11,784 nucleotides of DNA from Sandaracinaceae bacterium (GCA_044220955.1 JBGAQA010000147.1:1-11784); one strand, 5' to 3'; shown: positions 1 to 7,220, counted from the first letter of the stretch. The notes: generated from the sequence alone by a model not told the origin. Numbers and translations: made by a program.

Positions 1-160
1 AGCCTCGCGGCAGCAGGCGCCGCAGGCGAAGCAGTCGAGCGCGCGGCTCCCAGCGCTCGCACGCGGGCTCGGCCTCGGCGGGGAGCACGCGGCTCACCCG
101 GCAGCGCCAGGTCTTGCCGGGGCCGAAGCTCCAGGCGTATGAGCCGCAGGTCTCGCTCGC
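1..160 (-). pseudogene. YkgJ-family (CxxCxxCC) cysteine-cluster protein, frameshifted, continues off the left edge
   Basis: Minus strand 42..1 reads ALDCFACGACCREA (CxxCxxCC motif). That frame is closed upstream by TGA at 96-94 with no start codon in between. The adjacent frame reads ETCGSYAWSFGPGKTWRCRVSRVLPAEAEPACERWEP and joins it if one extra C at ~43 is removed. Confidence 0.65.
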
Positions 161-249
161 GGCGCGTGAGCCGGCGGCCGACAGGGCAAGACCGCGCACC
201 AGGACCCCGAGCGCGACTCGGATCACGACGCAGACCGGTGGGCGGGCCT

Positions 250-437
250 CATCGATGTGCGCGTGGACGGCATCGATCTGGAGTGAGATGAAGGGACCCG
301 CGCGCCAACGGTCACGCGGAGGACTAGGTCTGCAGCCCGGCCGCCACGAGCGCGCCGCGCAGGACGACGAAGCGCGGGTCGGTTCATCCAAGTTCGTGGT
401 GCGCGCGCACGACCGCGAGCGCCTTGAGCACCTGTGC
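250..437 (+). mobile_element. IS91/ISCR-like (HUH) transposase fragment, copy 1, interrupted by a 103-nt insert
   Basis: Removing 286-388 gives RVDGIDLECKFVVRAHDRERLEHLC, which matches the ISCR motif GFSLHA..V.A.DR..LERLCRY. 259-437 aligns gap-free with 5594-5772 (13 mismatches in 179 nt, hand count). Confidence 0.75.
286..388. mobile_element. 103-nt MITE-like element with 17-bp terminal inverted repeats, copy 1
   Basis: GATGAAGGGACCCGCGC (287-303) pairs with GCGCGGGTCGGTTCATC (372-388) at 15/17 positions. The inner TGAA.CGACCC...GGGTCGGTTCA ends resemble IS3-family TG..CA termini. Confidence 0.65.
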
Positions 438-570
438 GGACACCGGCAGCAGGGCCCGTTGACAGCCAGAGCGGACGCGAAGAGCATCGATCGCGGTGAT
501 CGATGCGAGCGAACCGAGAGGTTCACGCCGCGAAGGTGGCGTTTGGACGGGCTACCCTCCCGTACCACCC

Positions 571-575
571 AGGAG
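571..575 (+). promoter_or_regulatory. Ribosome-binding site of the large lipoprotein gene
   Basis: AGGAG lies 4 nt upstream of ATG 580, which opens a signal peptide. A possible -10 (TACCCT) lies at 553-558. Confidence 0.55.
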
Positions 576-579
576 CGCC

Positions 580-3500
580 ATGCGACCGACCCTGCCCTTG
601 CTCGCCGTGTTCTTGTGCGCCGGCCTCGCCGGCTGCGACACCCCCCCGCCGAGCACTGGGTCCGACACGGGCGTGCCACCCGGCACCGACGGTGGGCTCC
701 CCGACACGAACGTCACGCCGGGCGTGGACTCGGCGGTCGATGCGAACGTGGACGCGTTCCTCGCGGGCGACACCGGCATGGTGGCGGTGGTGGATCTCGA
801 CCGCGACGACGACGGCATCCCCGACGCGGAGGACGCGCTCCCCGACGACCCGCACGAGGTCTACGACGACGATCGCGACGGCATGGGCAACCTCGCGGAC
901 CTCGACGAGGACGGCGACGGCGTGCCGGACACGACGGACCTGCTGCCCTTCGACCCGGCCGGGAACGACTACCCGGAGGAACGCGAGACGGAGCCCAACG
1001 ACGTGCCCTCGCAGGCGAGCGCTGCGACGCGGCTTCCCGTCCGGATGCGCGGCGCGCTCGACACGCTCGCCCCCGTGGGCGGCGACGTCGATGTGCTCTC
1101 GGTCCCCCTTACCGGCGGCGGCGGCGTCTCGTTCGTCGTGCGGGGCGCCGCAGGCGCGCGCATCGATCTGCAAGAGAGCACGCTCGTCACCCGCTTCCCC
1201 GTCGCCGAGCGCGTGCGCAGCGACGGCGCGCGCGTCCTCACCGTACTGATCGACGAGGGCCCGGCCGTGGTGGTGATCGACGACACGGCGTCGGCGACGG
1301 GGCGCGCGAGCTGGTCGGTGGAGGCGTTCCGCGACGACGACCTCGACGGCGTCGATGACGACCGCGAGCGAGCGCGCGGCGCGCGTTCGCCCGACCCCGA
1401 CTCCGACGACGATCTCGTGGGGGATTTCGACGAATGGGAGGCCGGCGACCCGGACTCCGACGGCTTCCCGGCCGTCCTCGATCCCGACGCCGACGGCGAC
1501 GGGATCCCGGACGACGTCGATGGCATCGAGGACGACGACCGGGACGGCGTCCCCTCCTTCCTCGACCTCGACGCGGACGGTCACGCACCCGACGACGCGA
1601 CGTCGGCGGCGTTCTGGCCCGAAGACCTCGACGCGGACGGGCGTCCGGACTTCCGCGACCTCGACGACGACGGCGACGGCCTGCGCGACGACGAGGATCC
1701 CGCGCCGACCGTGCCTCTGGCGACGCCGACCGACCCGACCCAGTGGATCGTGATCACGAGCCTGGAGACCGAGTTGGGCGCCGATCGCGCACCCGGCGCG
1801 CTCGTGCCAGGCGAGCTCCTGCGGATCGAGGGCAACGGCCTCGGAGCGGCGAGCACCCGCGTGGTGTTCGACGTGGGCGCGTCGTACCCGGTGTCGGTGA
1901 CGCCCGAGAGTGCCACGGGCACGTTGCTGATCGTGCGCGTCCCCGCCGAGGTCGAGACGGGGGTGTTGCGCGTGATCGACGCAACGCGCGTCTCCGACCT
2001 GGTGCGCACCGACCACGTCGACGTGTCCGGCGGCGAGCCGCTGCTCTTCGCGCCGACCGCCTTCACGAGCACCACCGGCGAGGTGCTCCGCGGCGTGCAC
2101 CTCGATCGCGTGGTCTCGGTCGAGGCGGACGGCCTGCCGCAGGCGGTGGCCGCGAGCGACCTCGCCACGGCGGCCTGGCGAGCCAGCGAGATCCGCGTGG
2201 AGACCCTCGCGGGCTTCAGCAACACGATCACCCTGCGCACCACGGCCGACGTGAGTATCTACGTCGGACTGCCCGCTGCCACGCCCGCGCGCTGGGCCGC
2301 GCTGCGCGTGAGCTCCCTCGTCGCCGACGGCACCGTGACCGGCGTCGGCGTGTACCGAGTCCCCGTGCTCGTCGACACCGCGAACCTGCCGCTCGTGTTC
2401 GCGACGACGACCGACGGCCGGGGCGTGGGGCACGACTGCGTGACGATGGAGGGCTATGGCGATCACGTCGATCCGAGCAGCACCGCCACGGCGCTCGCCA
2501 TCCAGTACGGCAACCTGCTCTCCGCGGTCTCGGTGAACAGCCAGCAGTCCGTGCCGGGCGTGGTCTCCCCGCTGCCGGAGGTCGCCGCCCTCGCCTCGCT
2601 GCTGAGCACGCGGCTGAACACCACGACCTGCCCGCTCGAGTCGCCCGACGCGACGCTCGTAGCGGCCATCGTGGCCGCCATGAACGCCGCGCACGTGGAG
2701 GTGCAGGCGCAGCTCGCCGCGCACATGCTCGAGCCCGCGGACCTGCCCTCGCATCCGGCGGTGGTGCTGCCGATCCGGGCCGCCATCGTGACACCGCCCG
2801 AGGCCTACGACGTGTCGGTGTACCAGCGCGCCGGCACGGGCCACCTCACGGTGGAGAACGACACCAGCCTCTCGCTCTCGGCACGCATGACGTCGGCCAG
2901 CGGCGCGGTGCTGGTGCCGCACATCGCCTCGTACTTTGATCCGCTCGTGGTCGGTCCGCAGAGCGGGCTGCTCACGGGGTACCGCGCGAACACGCAGGAC
3001 TACGAGGCGCCCAACTACCGCAGCGTCACCGTCCAGGTCGTCACGCCGGGCCACGCCGCCCCGCAGCCCACCGAGAGCGACGCGCGCGACGCCCAGTGGA
3101 CGCTGGCGATGCGCTCGGCGGTGGAGGGCCTCTTCATCCCGATGATCGACGAGATGCTGCCCGGGGGGCACCTCGACGCCGGCGCGTTCACGCAGCTCCT
3201 CGTGCAGCAGAACTACATGGCGGTGCAGGATCTGCGCGCAGGCTGGGCCTCGGGCGGCGCGAGCGGGTTCCTCGGCGGCGTCGCGGCCATCCTCGTGCGC
3301 GACTTCGACAACTTCGGGCCCATCACCCAGTACCTCGCGACGACGCTCGGACGGCAGGCGGTCGGCGCCGTGCTGCGACGGCTGAGCGAGCGCATCGTCA
3401 CCTGGCTCATCCCCGTGCTCGGGCAGGCGGAGGCGTTCTTCGACGCCGTCGCAGCGGGGAGTACCCTGAGCAACCTGGCGAAGGTGATGATCGACTTCGG

Positions 3501-4590
3501 CAGCGCGCCTGGCGTCATGGAGTTCGACGTGAACTTCGGTCTCTCGCTCGACGCGCTCGAGCCGCTCTACGTCGAGCGTGCCGATCACCCGCAGCGCTTC
3601 TCGCTGACGGGCACCGGATTCATCTCGCGCGACATGTCGGGACGCCCGGTGCAGCCGACGGTGACCGTGCGCGACCTCGGCCGCGGCGGCACGCCCCTCA
3701 CGCTCCCGGCGACCGCCGTGCGGCAGGGCACGATGCTCTGGTTCGAGGTGCCGGGCTCGTTCCTCCGCGCGTCCGTAGGGGGGCTCTCCGTGACCGTGAC
3801 GAGCGGGGCGCAGACCGAGGAGCACCCGGCGCGCGTCGAGGTGGGCCAGACGCTGCGCCTGAGGGCCGCGACGCCGGACACCGTGGGCCCGAGCGAGCGC
3901 ATCGCGCTCGACGGCGCCGGCTTCGGAGCCACGTCGCGCGACACCATCGTCTACTTCCAGTCGACCGACCTCGGGATCCTCCGGCGTGGGCGCATCACGT
4001 CGCACTCGCCCACGCACATCGAGGCCATCACGCACTTCCAGCTCGAGCCGGGCACCGGCTGGGAGGTCTACGTCGAGGTGGACGGTCTCGAGAGCAACCG
4101 GCTGCCTCTCAACGTGCCGCCGCTCGACGTGGACAGCTGGGCCCGCGGCACCACGTGGACCGTCACGAACTTCTGGAACGCCTGCGGGCAGATGCGCCGG
4201 CACCGCTTCGTCGCGGTGTTCGCCCCGCGCACGACCGCCTCGAGCATCTTCGCACCGGCTGAGACCTGGGGTGGCTACGAGTCGGGCAACTTCTACGCGT
4301 ACGACGCCACGCGCGGGTACCGCATCCAGTCCAATGGGTACCTGGAGCGGAGCGTGTGGCTGGGAGGGCGCATGCAGTTCGGACCCATCTCGGGCGGCCG
4401 CACCGGTCTGGTGATCGGCGTGCGCGACAGCCTGATCTTCCTCAACGACTGGTTCCCCTTCAGCTACCTCTCGTCGACGCACGACGCGGATTGGCCGCCG
4501 CCCGCCATCAGCCCGGACCACCGCACGGTCCGCTGGTTCCACACCAACTCGGCCTGTCGCATGCCGGAGCGCGCGGAGATGACGCGCTGA
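580..4590 (+). CDS. Large surface lipoprotein (1336 aa) with thrombospondin type-3-like Asp-rich repeats and several IPT/TIG-like beta domains
   Basis: Start MRPTLPLLAVFLCAGLAG-C has an LAGC lipobox. DxDxDGxxD repeats cluster at ~793-957 and ~1333-1700, with an ETEPND motif at 985-1002. IPT/TIG-like segments include PGELLRIEGNGLG, FSLTGTGF and PSERIALDGAGFG. Strong GC3 bias in this frame. The ORF-track start at 496 is probably too early. Confidence 0.88.
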   Translation: MRPTLPLLAVFLCAGLAGCDTPPPSTGSDTGVPPGTDGGLPDTNVTPGVDSAVDANVDAFLAGDTGMVAVVDLDRDDDGIPDAEDALPDDPHEVYDDDRDGMGNLADLDEDGDGVPDTTDLLPFDPAGNDYPEERETEPNDVPSQASAATRLPVRMRGALDTLAPVGGDVDVLSVPLTGGGGVSFVVRGAAGARIDLQESTLVTRFPVAERVRSDGARVLTVLIDEGPAVVVIDDTASATGRASWSVEAFRDDDLDGVDDDRERARGARSPDPDSDDDLVGDFDEWEAGDPDSDGFPAVLDPDADGDGIPDDVDGIEDDDRDGVPSFLDLDADGHAPDDATSAAFWPEDLDADGRPDFRDLDDDGDGLRDDEDPAPTVPLATPTDPTQWIVITSLETELGADRAPGALVPGELLRIEGNGLGAASTRVVFDVGASYPVSVTPESATGTLLIVRVPAEVETGVLRVIDATRVSDLVRTDHVDVSGGEPLLFAPTAFTSTTGEVLRGVHLDRVVSVEADGLPQAVAASDLATAAWRASEIRVETLAGFSNTITLRTTADVSIYVGLPAATPARWAALRVSSLVADGTVTGVGVYRVPVLVDTANLPLVFATTTDGRGVGHDCVTMEGYGDHVDPSSTATALAIQYGNLLSAVSVNSQQSVPGVVSPLPEVAALASLLSTRLNTTTCPLESPDATLVAAIVAAMNAAHVEVQAQLAAHMLEPADLPSHPAVVLPIRAAIVTPPEAYDVSVYQRAGTGHLTVENDTSLSLSARMTSASGAVLVPHIASYFDPLVVGPQSGLLTGYRANTQDYEAPNYRSVTVQVVTPGHAAPQPTESDARDAQWTLAMRSAVEGLFIPMIDEMLPGGHLDAGAFTQLLVQQNYMAVQDLRAGWASGGASGFLGGVAAILVRDFDNFGPITQYLATTLGRQAVGAVLRRLSERIVTWLIPVLGQAEAFFDAVAAGSTLSNLAKVMIDFGSAPGVMEFDVNFGLSLDALEPLYVERADHPQRFSLTGTGFISRDMSGRPVQPTVTVRDLGRGGTPLTLPATAVRQGTMLWFEVPGSFLRASVGGLSVTVTSGAQTEEHPARVEVGQTLRLRAATPDTVGPSERIALDGAGFGATSRDTIVYFQSTDLGILRRGRITSHSPTHIEAITHFQLEPGTGWEVYVEVDGLESNRLPLNVPPLDVDSWARGTTWTVTNFWNACGQMRRHRFVAVFAPRTTASSIFAPAETWGGYESGNFYAYDATRGYRIQSNGYLERSVWLGGRMQFGPISGGRTGLVIGVRDSLIFLNDWFPFSYLSSTHDADWPPPAISPDHRTVRWFHTNSACRMPERAEMTR

Positions 4591-4607
4591 AGGGGCGTCC
4601 TCGCGCG

Positions 4608-4673
4608 GTGCCTGGTCCTCTCGACGGTCTCCGCATCCTCGATCTCTCCCGCATCCTCGCCGGCCCGAGCGCG
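4608..4673 (+). pseudogene. N-terminal stub of a CaiB/BaiF (family III) CoA-transferase
   Basis: GTG 4608 reads MPGPLDGLRILDLSRILAGPSA, the hallmark PL.G.R.LDLS..LAGP start of the family. Similarity stops after 22 codons (no LADLGADVIKVE follows). Confidence 0.75.
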
Positions 4674-4813
4674 GATCTCTCGCGCAGAGACCCCGAGCAG
4701 ACGGTGCATCGCATTCTGGGGGATCGATGCGGGCGACGACCTCGGCGTGATCATCCAGGACGCGTTGACTAGTGGGACACGGCACCTTCATCCTCATGAT
4801 CGGGAGGACGTCG

Positions 4814-5461
4814 ATGCACTTCTTCGCGAGCTGCGCCCGAAAGGCGCCCATAGCCCTCCTCTCGCTCAGCCTTTCGGCGTGCTGCCTCGGGGGAGGCGAG
4901 CCGGCGCCCAGCTACGAGCCGCGCGTCTCCGACACGATGTTCCCTGCCGGGCTCGGGTGGGTCCGCTTCGGCGAGACGACCGAGGCCGACATCGTCGCCC
5001 ACTACGGCGCGAGCGGCATCAGCGAGACGATGCACGTGAGCGAGTTCCAGGTGCCGAACGACAGCGTCAACCGGATCCCTCGCCTTCCGAGCACGCTCCC
5101 GATGATTCACGTCCTGCTCGCGCGCGCAGACGATCCCTACGCCGACCACGTCGGCCTCTTCCTCGCATCGATTCCCGACCACCCCGCGCCGGTGCTGGTA
5201 CGAATCGACGTGAGCGGCATGGAGCGCTCCGAGCGCGAGGGCCGCCGCTCGCCCTCTCGGTGTGACGTCGTACACGCCGTCGAGGAGTCCGCCGCGACTC
5301 GGTGCGACCACGAGCTCGGCCCATTTCACTTGCCCTCGGTGACACAGGATCTTCGCTGCGTCGGCAGCGCCGATGGTCGCTATCCGCTCGTGATCTCGTG
5401 CACGCGAAGCCGGGTCCTCTCGTACGAGATCGCTGTGCCGCGCGCTTCGGCGGCGCCCTGA
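4814..5461 (+). CDS. Hypothetical lipoprotein (215 aa)
   Basis: GGAGG at 4803-4807 lies 6 nt before ATG 4814. The signal peptide MHFFASCARKAPIALLSLSLSA-C carries a lipobox. Four Cys in the C-terminal third. No family recognised. Confidence 0.72.
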   Translation: MHFFASCARKAPIALLSLSLSACCLGGGEPAPSYEPRVSDTMFPAGLGWVRFGETTEADIVAHYGASGISETMHVSEFQVPNDSVNRIPRLPSTLPMIHVLLARADDPYADHVGLFLASIPDHPAPVLVRIDVSGMERSEREGRRSPSRCDVVHAVEESAATRCDHELGPFHLPSVTQDLRCVGSADGRYPLVISCTRSRVLSYEIAVPRASAAP

Positions 5462-5589
5462 CCTCCGTCGCACCGAGCGGCCCTTCCGAGATCGACGCGA
5501 GCCCCGGCGACGAGCGACCGCTCGCGAGCGCACCGCGTCGAGCAGAGGCGCACTTCGCTCGCTACGAGGTCCGCGTCCGACTTACTCGA

Positions 5590-5847
5590 CATCGCGCGTG
5601 GACGGCTTCGACCTCGAGTGAGATGAAGCGACCCGCGCGCCAACGGTTACGCGGAGGACTACGTCTGCAGCCCGGCCGCTACGAGCGCGACGCGCACGAC
5701 GACGAAGCGCGGGTCGGTTCATCCACGTTCGTGGTGCGCGCGGACGAGCGCGAGCGCCTCGAGCACCTGTGCAAGTACGTGCTGCGCCCGCCGCTCGCGG
5801 ACCGGCGCCTACGACTGCTCGCGACGGGTGAGGTGGCCTAGGAAGTG
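5590..5847 (+). mobile_element. IS91/ISCR-like transposase fragment, copy 2, with the same 103-nt insert and an in-frame stop
   Basis: Removing 5621-5723 gives RVDGFDLECTFVVRADERERLEHLCKYVLRPPLADRRLRLLATGEVA*EV, including the catalytic-Tyr region LCxYxxRP of ISCR-type transposases. TAG at 5839-5841. Confidence 0.85.
5621..5723. mobile_element. 103-nt MITE-like element with 17-bp terminal inverted repeats, copy 2
   Basis: GATGAAGCGACCCGCGC (5622-5638) pairs with GCGCGGGTCGGTTCATC (5707-5723) at 16/17 positions. Six differences from copy 1. Confidence 0.7.
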
Positions 5848-5865
5848 GGAGCTCGCCCCCGTCGA

Positions 5866-6063
5866 GGCAATGCATCCGTGGCGTAGATCGCCGCCGCCAC
5901 CGCGGAGATGGAGTTTCTCCCCGGACTGGCGATGGCCGCGACTGTCAAGAACGAGGCCGACATGGACGTTCACCACCAGGTCAACATGAGCAAGGTCTCC
6001 GAGCACGCACTCGAGATGGACGGCGCGTTCCGCTACCTCCTCGACTGCTGTCGCCACCGGTGA
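5866..6063 (+). pseudogene. Unidentified coding-like fragment (or a 51-aa ORF from ATG 5908)
   Basis: Reads GNASVA*IAAATAEMEFLPGLAMAATVKNEADMDVHHQVNMSKVSEHALEMDGAFRYLLDCCRHR*. Protein-like composition and GC3 bias with an internal TAG at 5884. No family recognised. Confidence 0.35.
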
Positions 6064-6369
6064 AGTTCGCGCCCGCTTCCATCGAGATCACCCGGATCCA
6101 TGCGCCCATCGGTGGCGCCGGTGGCGCACCTCGGCCGGCACCACTCGCCGCGTGATCGCGTCGGGCGCTCGCGCCGGCTCAGTGCCGCGAAGGGGATCAC
6201 GAGGCTCCACGTCCCGACGACGAGGACCGTCGCGAGCTATCGGAGGCGCCGCGGCGCCCGCTGGGTCGGCGGTGCGGGATCGCGCGCGAAGCCGTGGTGC
6301 CTGCCCATCGGCGTCGTGCGCAAGGATCGTTCGGCCGTCGACTCGCTCCGAGGGCCGCGCCGGACACCG

Positions 6370-6378
6370 TGCTATCGT
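6370..6378 (+). promoter_or_regulatory. Candidate extended -10 promoter (leaderless-type spacing)
   Basis: TGcTATCGT (TGn-TANNNT) ends 8 nt before GTG 6387, and there is no Shine-Dalgarno in between. Confidence 0.4.
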
Positions 6379-6386
6379 GTGCCCGT

Positions 6387-6944
6387 GTGCAGGGCGATCT
6401 CCGCATATCGGCCGCGCTCTCCCGTCGCGAACAGGCGCTCGCCTCGCGCGACGGGCAGGACGTGAGTGCACTACCGGACAAGCTCGACGCGATCCGCGCC
6501 GCCGAGCGCGCGTTCGACCGGATCGGTTGTCCGCACGCGCTGATCGGCGGGCTCGCGGTCGGTGTCCGCAGCGGCGTGCCGCGCGCCACGCTCGACGTCG
6601 ACTATGCGATTGCGAGCAACGCGGACCCCGAGGCCATCGCGACCGCCTTCGCCGTCGAGGGCCTCGTGCGGACTGGGACGTTCGCCCACAGCGTGAACTT
6701 CCGACATGCGAGCGGGGAGCCGGTGCAGCTCGCCCTGGATCCTCGCTTCGATACGATGGTCGCGCGCGCCGAGGTCATGGTGTTCGGCGACCTGCGCGTC
6801 CCGGTCGTGACCAAGGGCGATCTCATCGCGATGAAGCGCCTCGCGGCCGCCGACCCCGGCCGTCGCCGCAGCAAGTCGCTGCGCGATCAGGCGGACATCG
6901 CGCTGCTCGAGGGCGACGTGCCCGAGCCGGACGAGGGTTGGTGA
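6387..6944 (+). CDS. Nucleotidyltransferase, AbiEii/DUF6036-like (pol-beta superfamily), ~185 aa
   Basis: Motifs ALIGGLAV, PRATLDVD (GG...RxTxDxD) and C-terminal DLIAMK...R..K...D..DI. Start uncertain: GTG 6387 is preferred, with 6294 or 6462 possible. Confidence 0.85.
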   Translation: MQGDLRISAALSRREQALASRDGQDVSALPDKLDAIRAAERAFDRIGCPHALIGGLAVGVRSGVPRATLDVDYAIASNADPEAIATAFAVEGLVRTGTFAHSVNFRHASGEPVQLALDPRFDTMVARAEVMVFGDLRVPVVTKGDLIAMKRLAAADPGRRRSKSLRDQADIALLEGDVPEPDEGW

Positions 6945-6974
6945 GTCCATAGCTCGGCGCCCGGCGCCCGGCGC

Positions 6975-7020
6975 TGTGCGTTCCGGAAATTCTGAGCCGT
7001 CGATTCCAGAAGTTCTGAGC
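6975..7020 (+). mobile_element. Isolated IS21-like transposon end (alternatively a group II intron 5' end)
   Basis: Starts TGTGCG, followed by two 17-bp direct repeats with a 23-bp period: TTCCGGAAATTCTGAGC (6981-6997) and TTCCAGAAGTTCTGAGC (7004-7020). Locally AT-rich. A TG terminus plus reiterated sub-terminal repeats is the IS21 end organisation. Confidence 0.5.
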
Positions 7021-7035
7021 TCCTCAGGTTGCGGA

Positions 7036-7101
7036 TCGGACTGGTCGTTCAAGCTCGGGTCGCGCCTGCGAGGCACCGTCCGCTACCCGGAGGCCACGTA
7101 A
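7036..7101 (+). pseudogene. C-terminal remnant of a group II intron reverse transcriptase/maturase
   Basis: SDWSFKLGSRLRGTVRYPEAT* (TAA 7099-7101) resembles the G(L)xRLRGTVRYP tail of endonuclease-less intron RTs. It ends 25 nt before domain V. Confidence 0.6.
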
Positions 7102-7126
7102 CGCGTCGGCCCGAGAGACCGTCGGC

Positions 7127-7220
7127 AAGCCGTGTGCGGGAATCCGCACGCACGGTTTGAAAGGGGATCCCGCCCATTCACCGATGAACTTCATCAGGTG
7201 AAAGGGCAGGATCTACCAAT
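7127..7220 (+). ncRNA. Group II intron domains V and VI and 3' splice site (5'-truncated intron)
   Basis: DV is AAGCCGTGTGCGGGAATCCGCACGCACGGTTT (7127-7158) with the AGC triad and AC bulge, followed by GAAAGGGG. The long DVI hairpin pairs GGATCC/GCCC/TTCACC with GGTGAA/GGGC/GGATCT, has a bulged A at 7215 and ends ...CCAAT (AY) at 7220. Confidence 0.92.

Noticed and set aside
286..388. The hairpin repeats as integron attC sites or CRISPR repeats
   Set aside because: No RYYYAAC/GTTRRRY boxes, integrase or cas genes. There are only two copies, 5.3 kb apart, and both sit inside transposase-derived sequence.
459..464. Perfect TTGACA -35 box upstream of the lipoprotein gene
   Set aside because: No acceptable -10 at 16-18 nt spacing (GAGCAT).
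114..1358. 414-aa ORF (and 5302..5841) as intact transposases
   Set aside because: Only ~16-40 codons are transposase-like. The frames read through the MITE and overlap real genes, and there is no HUH motif or zinc-binding N-terminus.
523..4851. 1442-aa minus-strand ORF
   Set aside because: Antisense shadow of the GC3-biased lipoprotein gene; Arg/His/Val-rich with no motifs.
7183..7195. GATGAA-C-TTCATC in intron DVI matches the outer 6 bp of the MITE inverted repeats
   Set aside because: Only 6 bp per arm, with no further similarity; most likely coincidence.
7132..7218. ORF-track N-terminus MCGNPHARFERG...
   Set aside because: This is translated intron domain V/VI RNA, a common annotation artefact.
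6030..7220. Retron/DGR or RT-linked defence system (NTase next to RT-related sequence)
   Set aside because: Only ~21 C-terminal RT codons remain. There is no YADD-containing ORF, and differences between the repeat copies are not adenine-specific.
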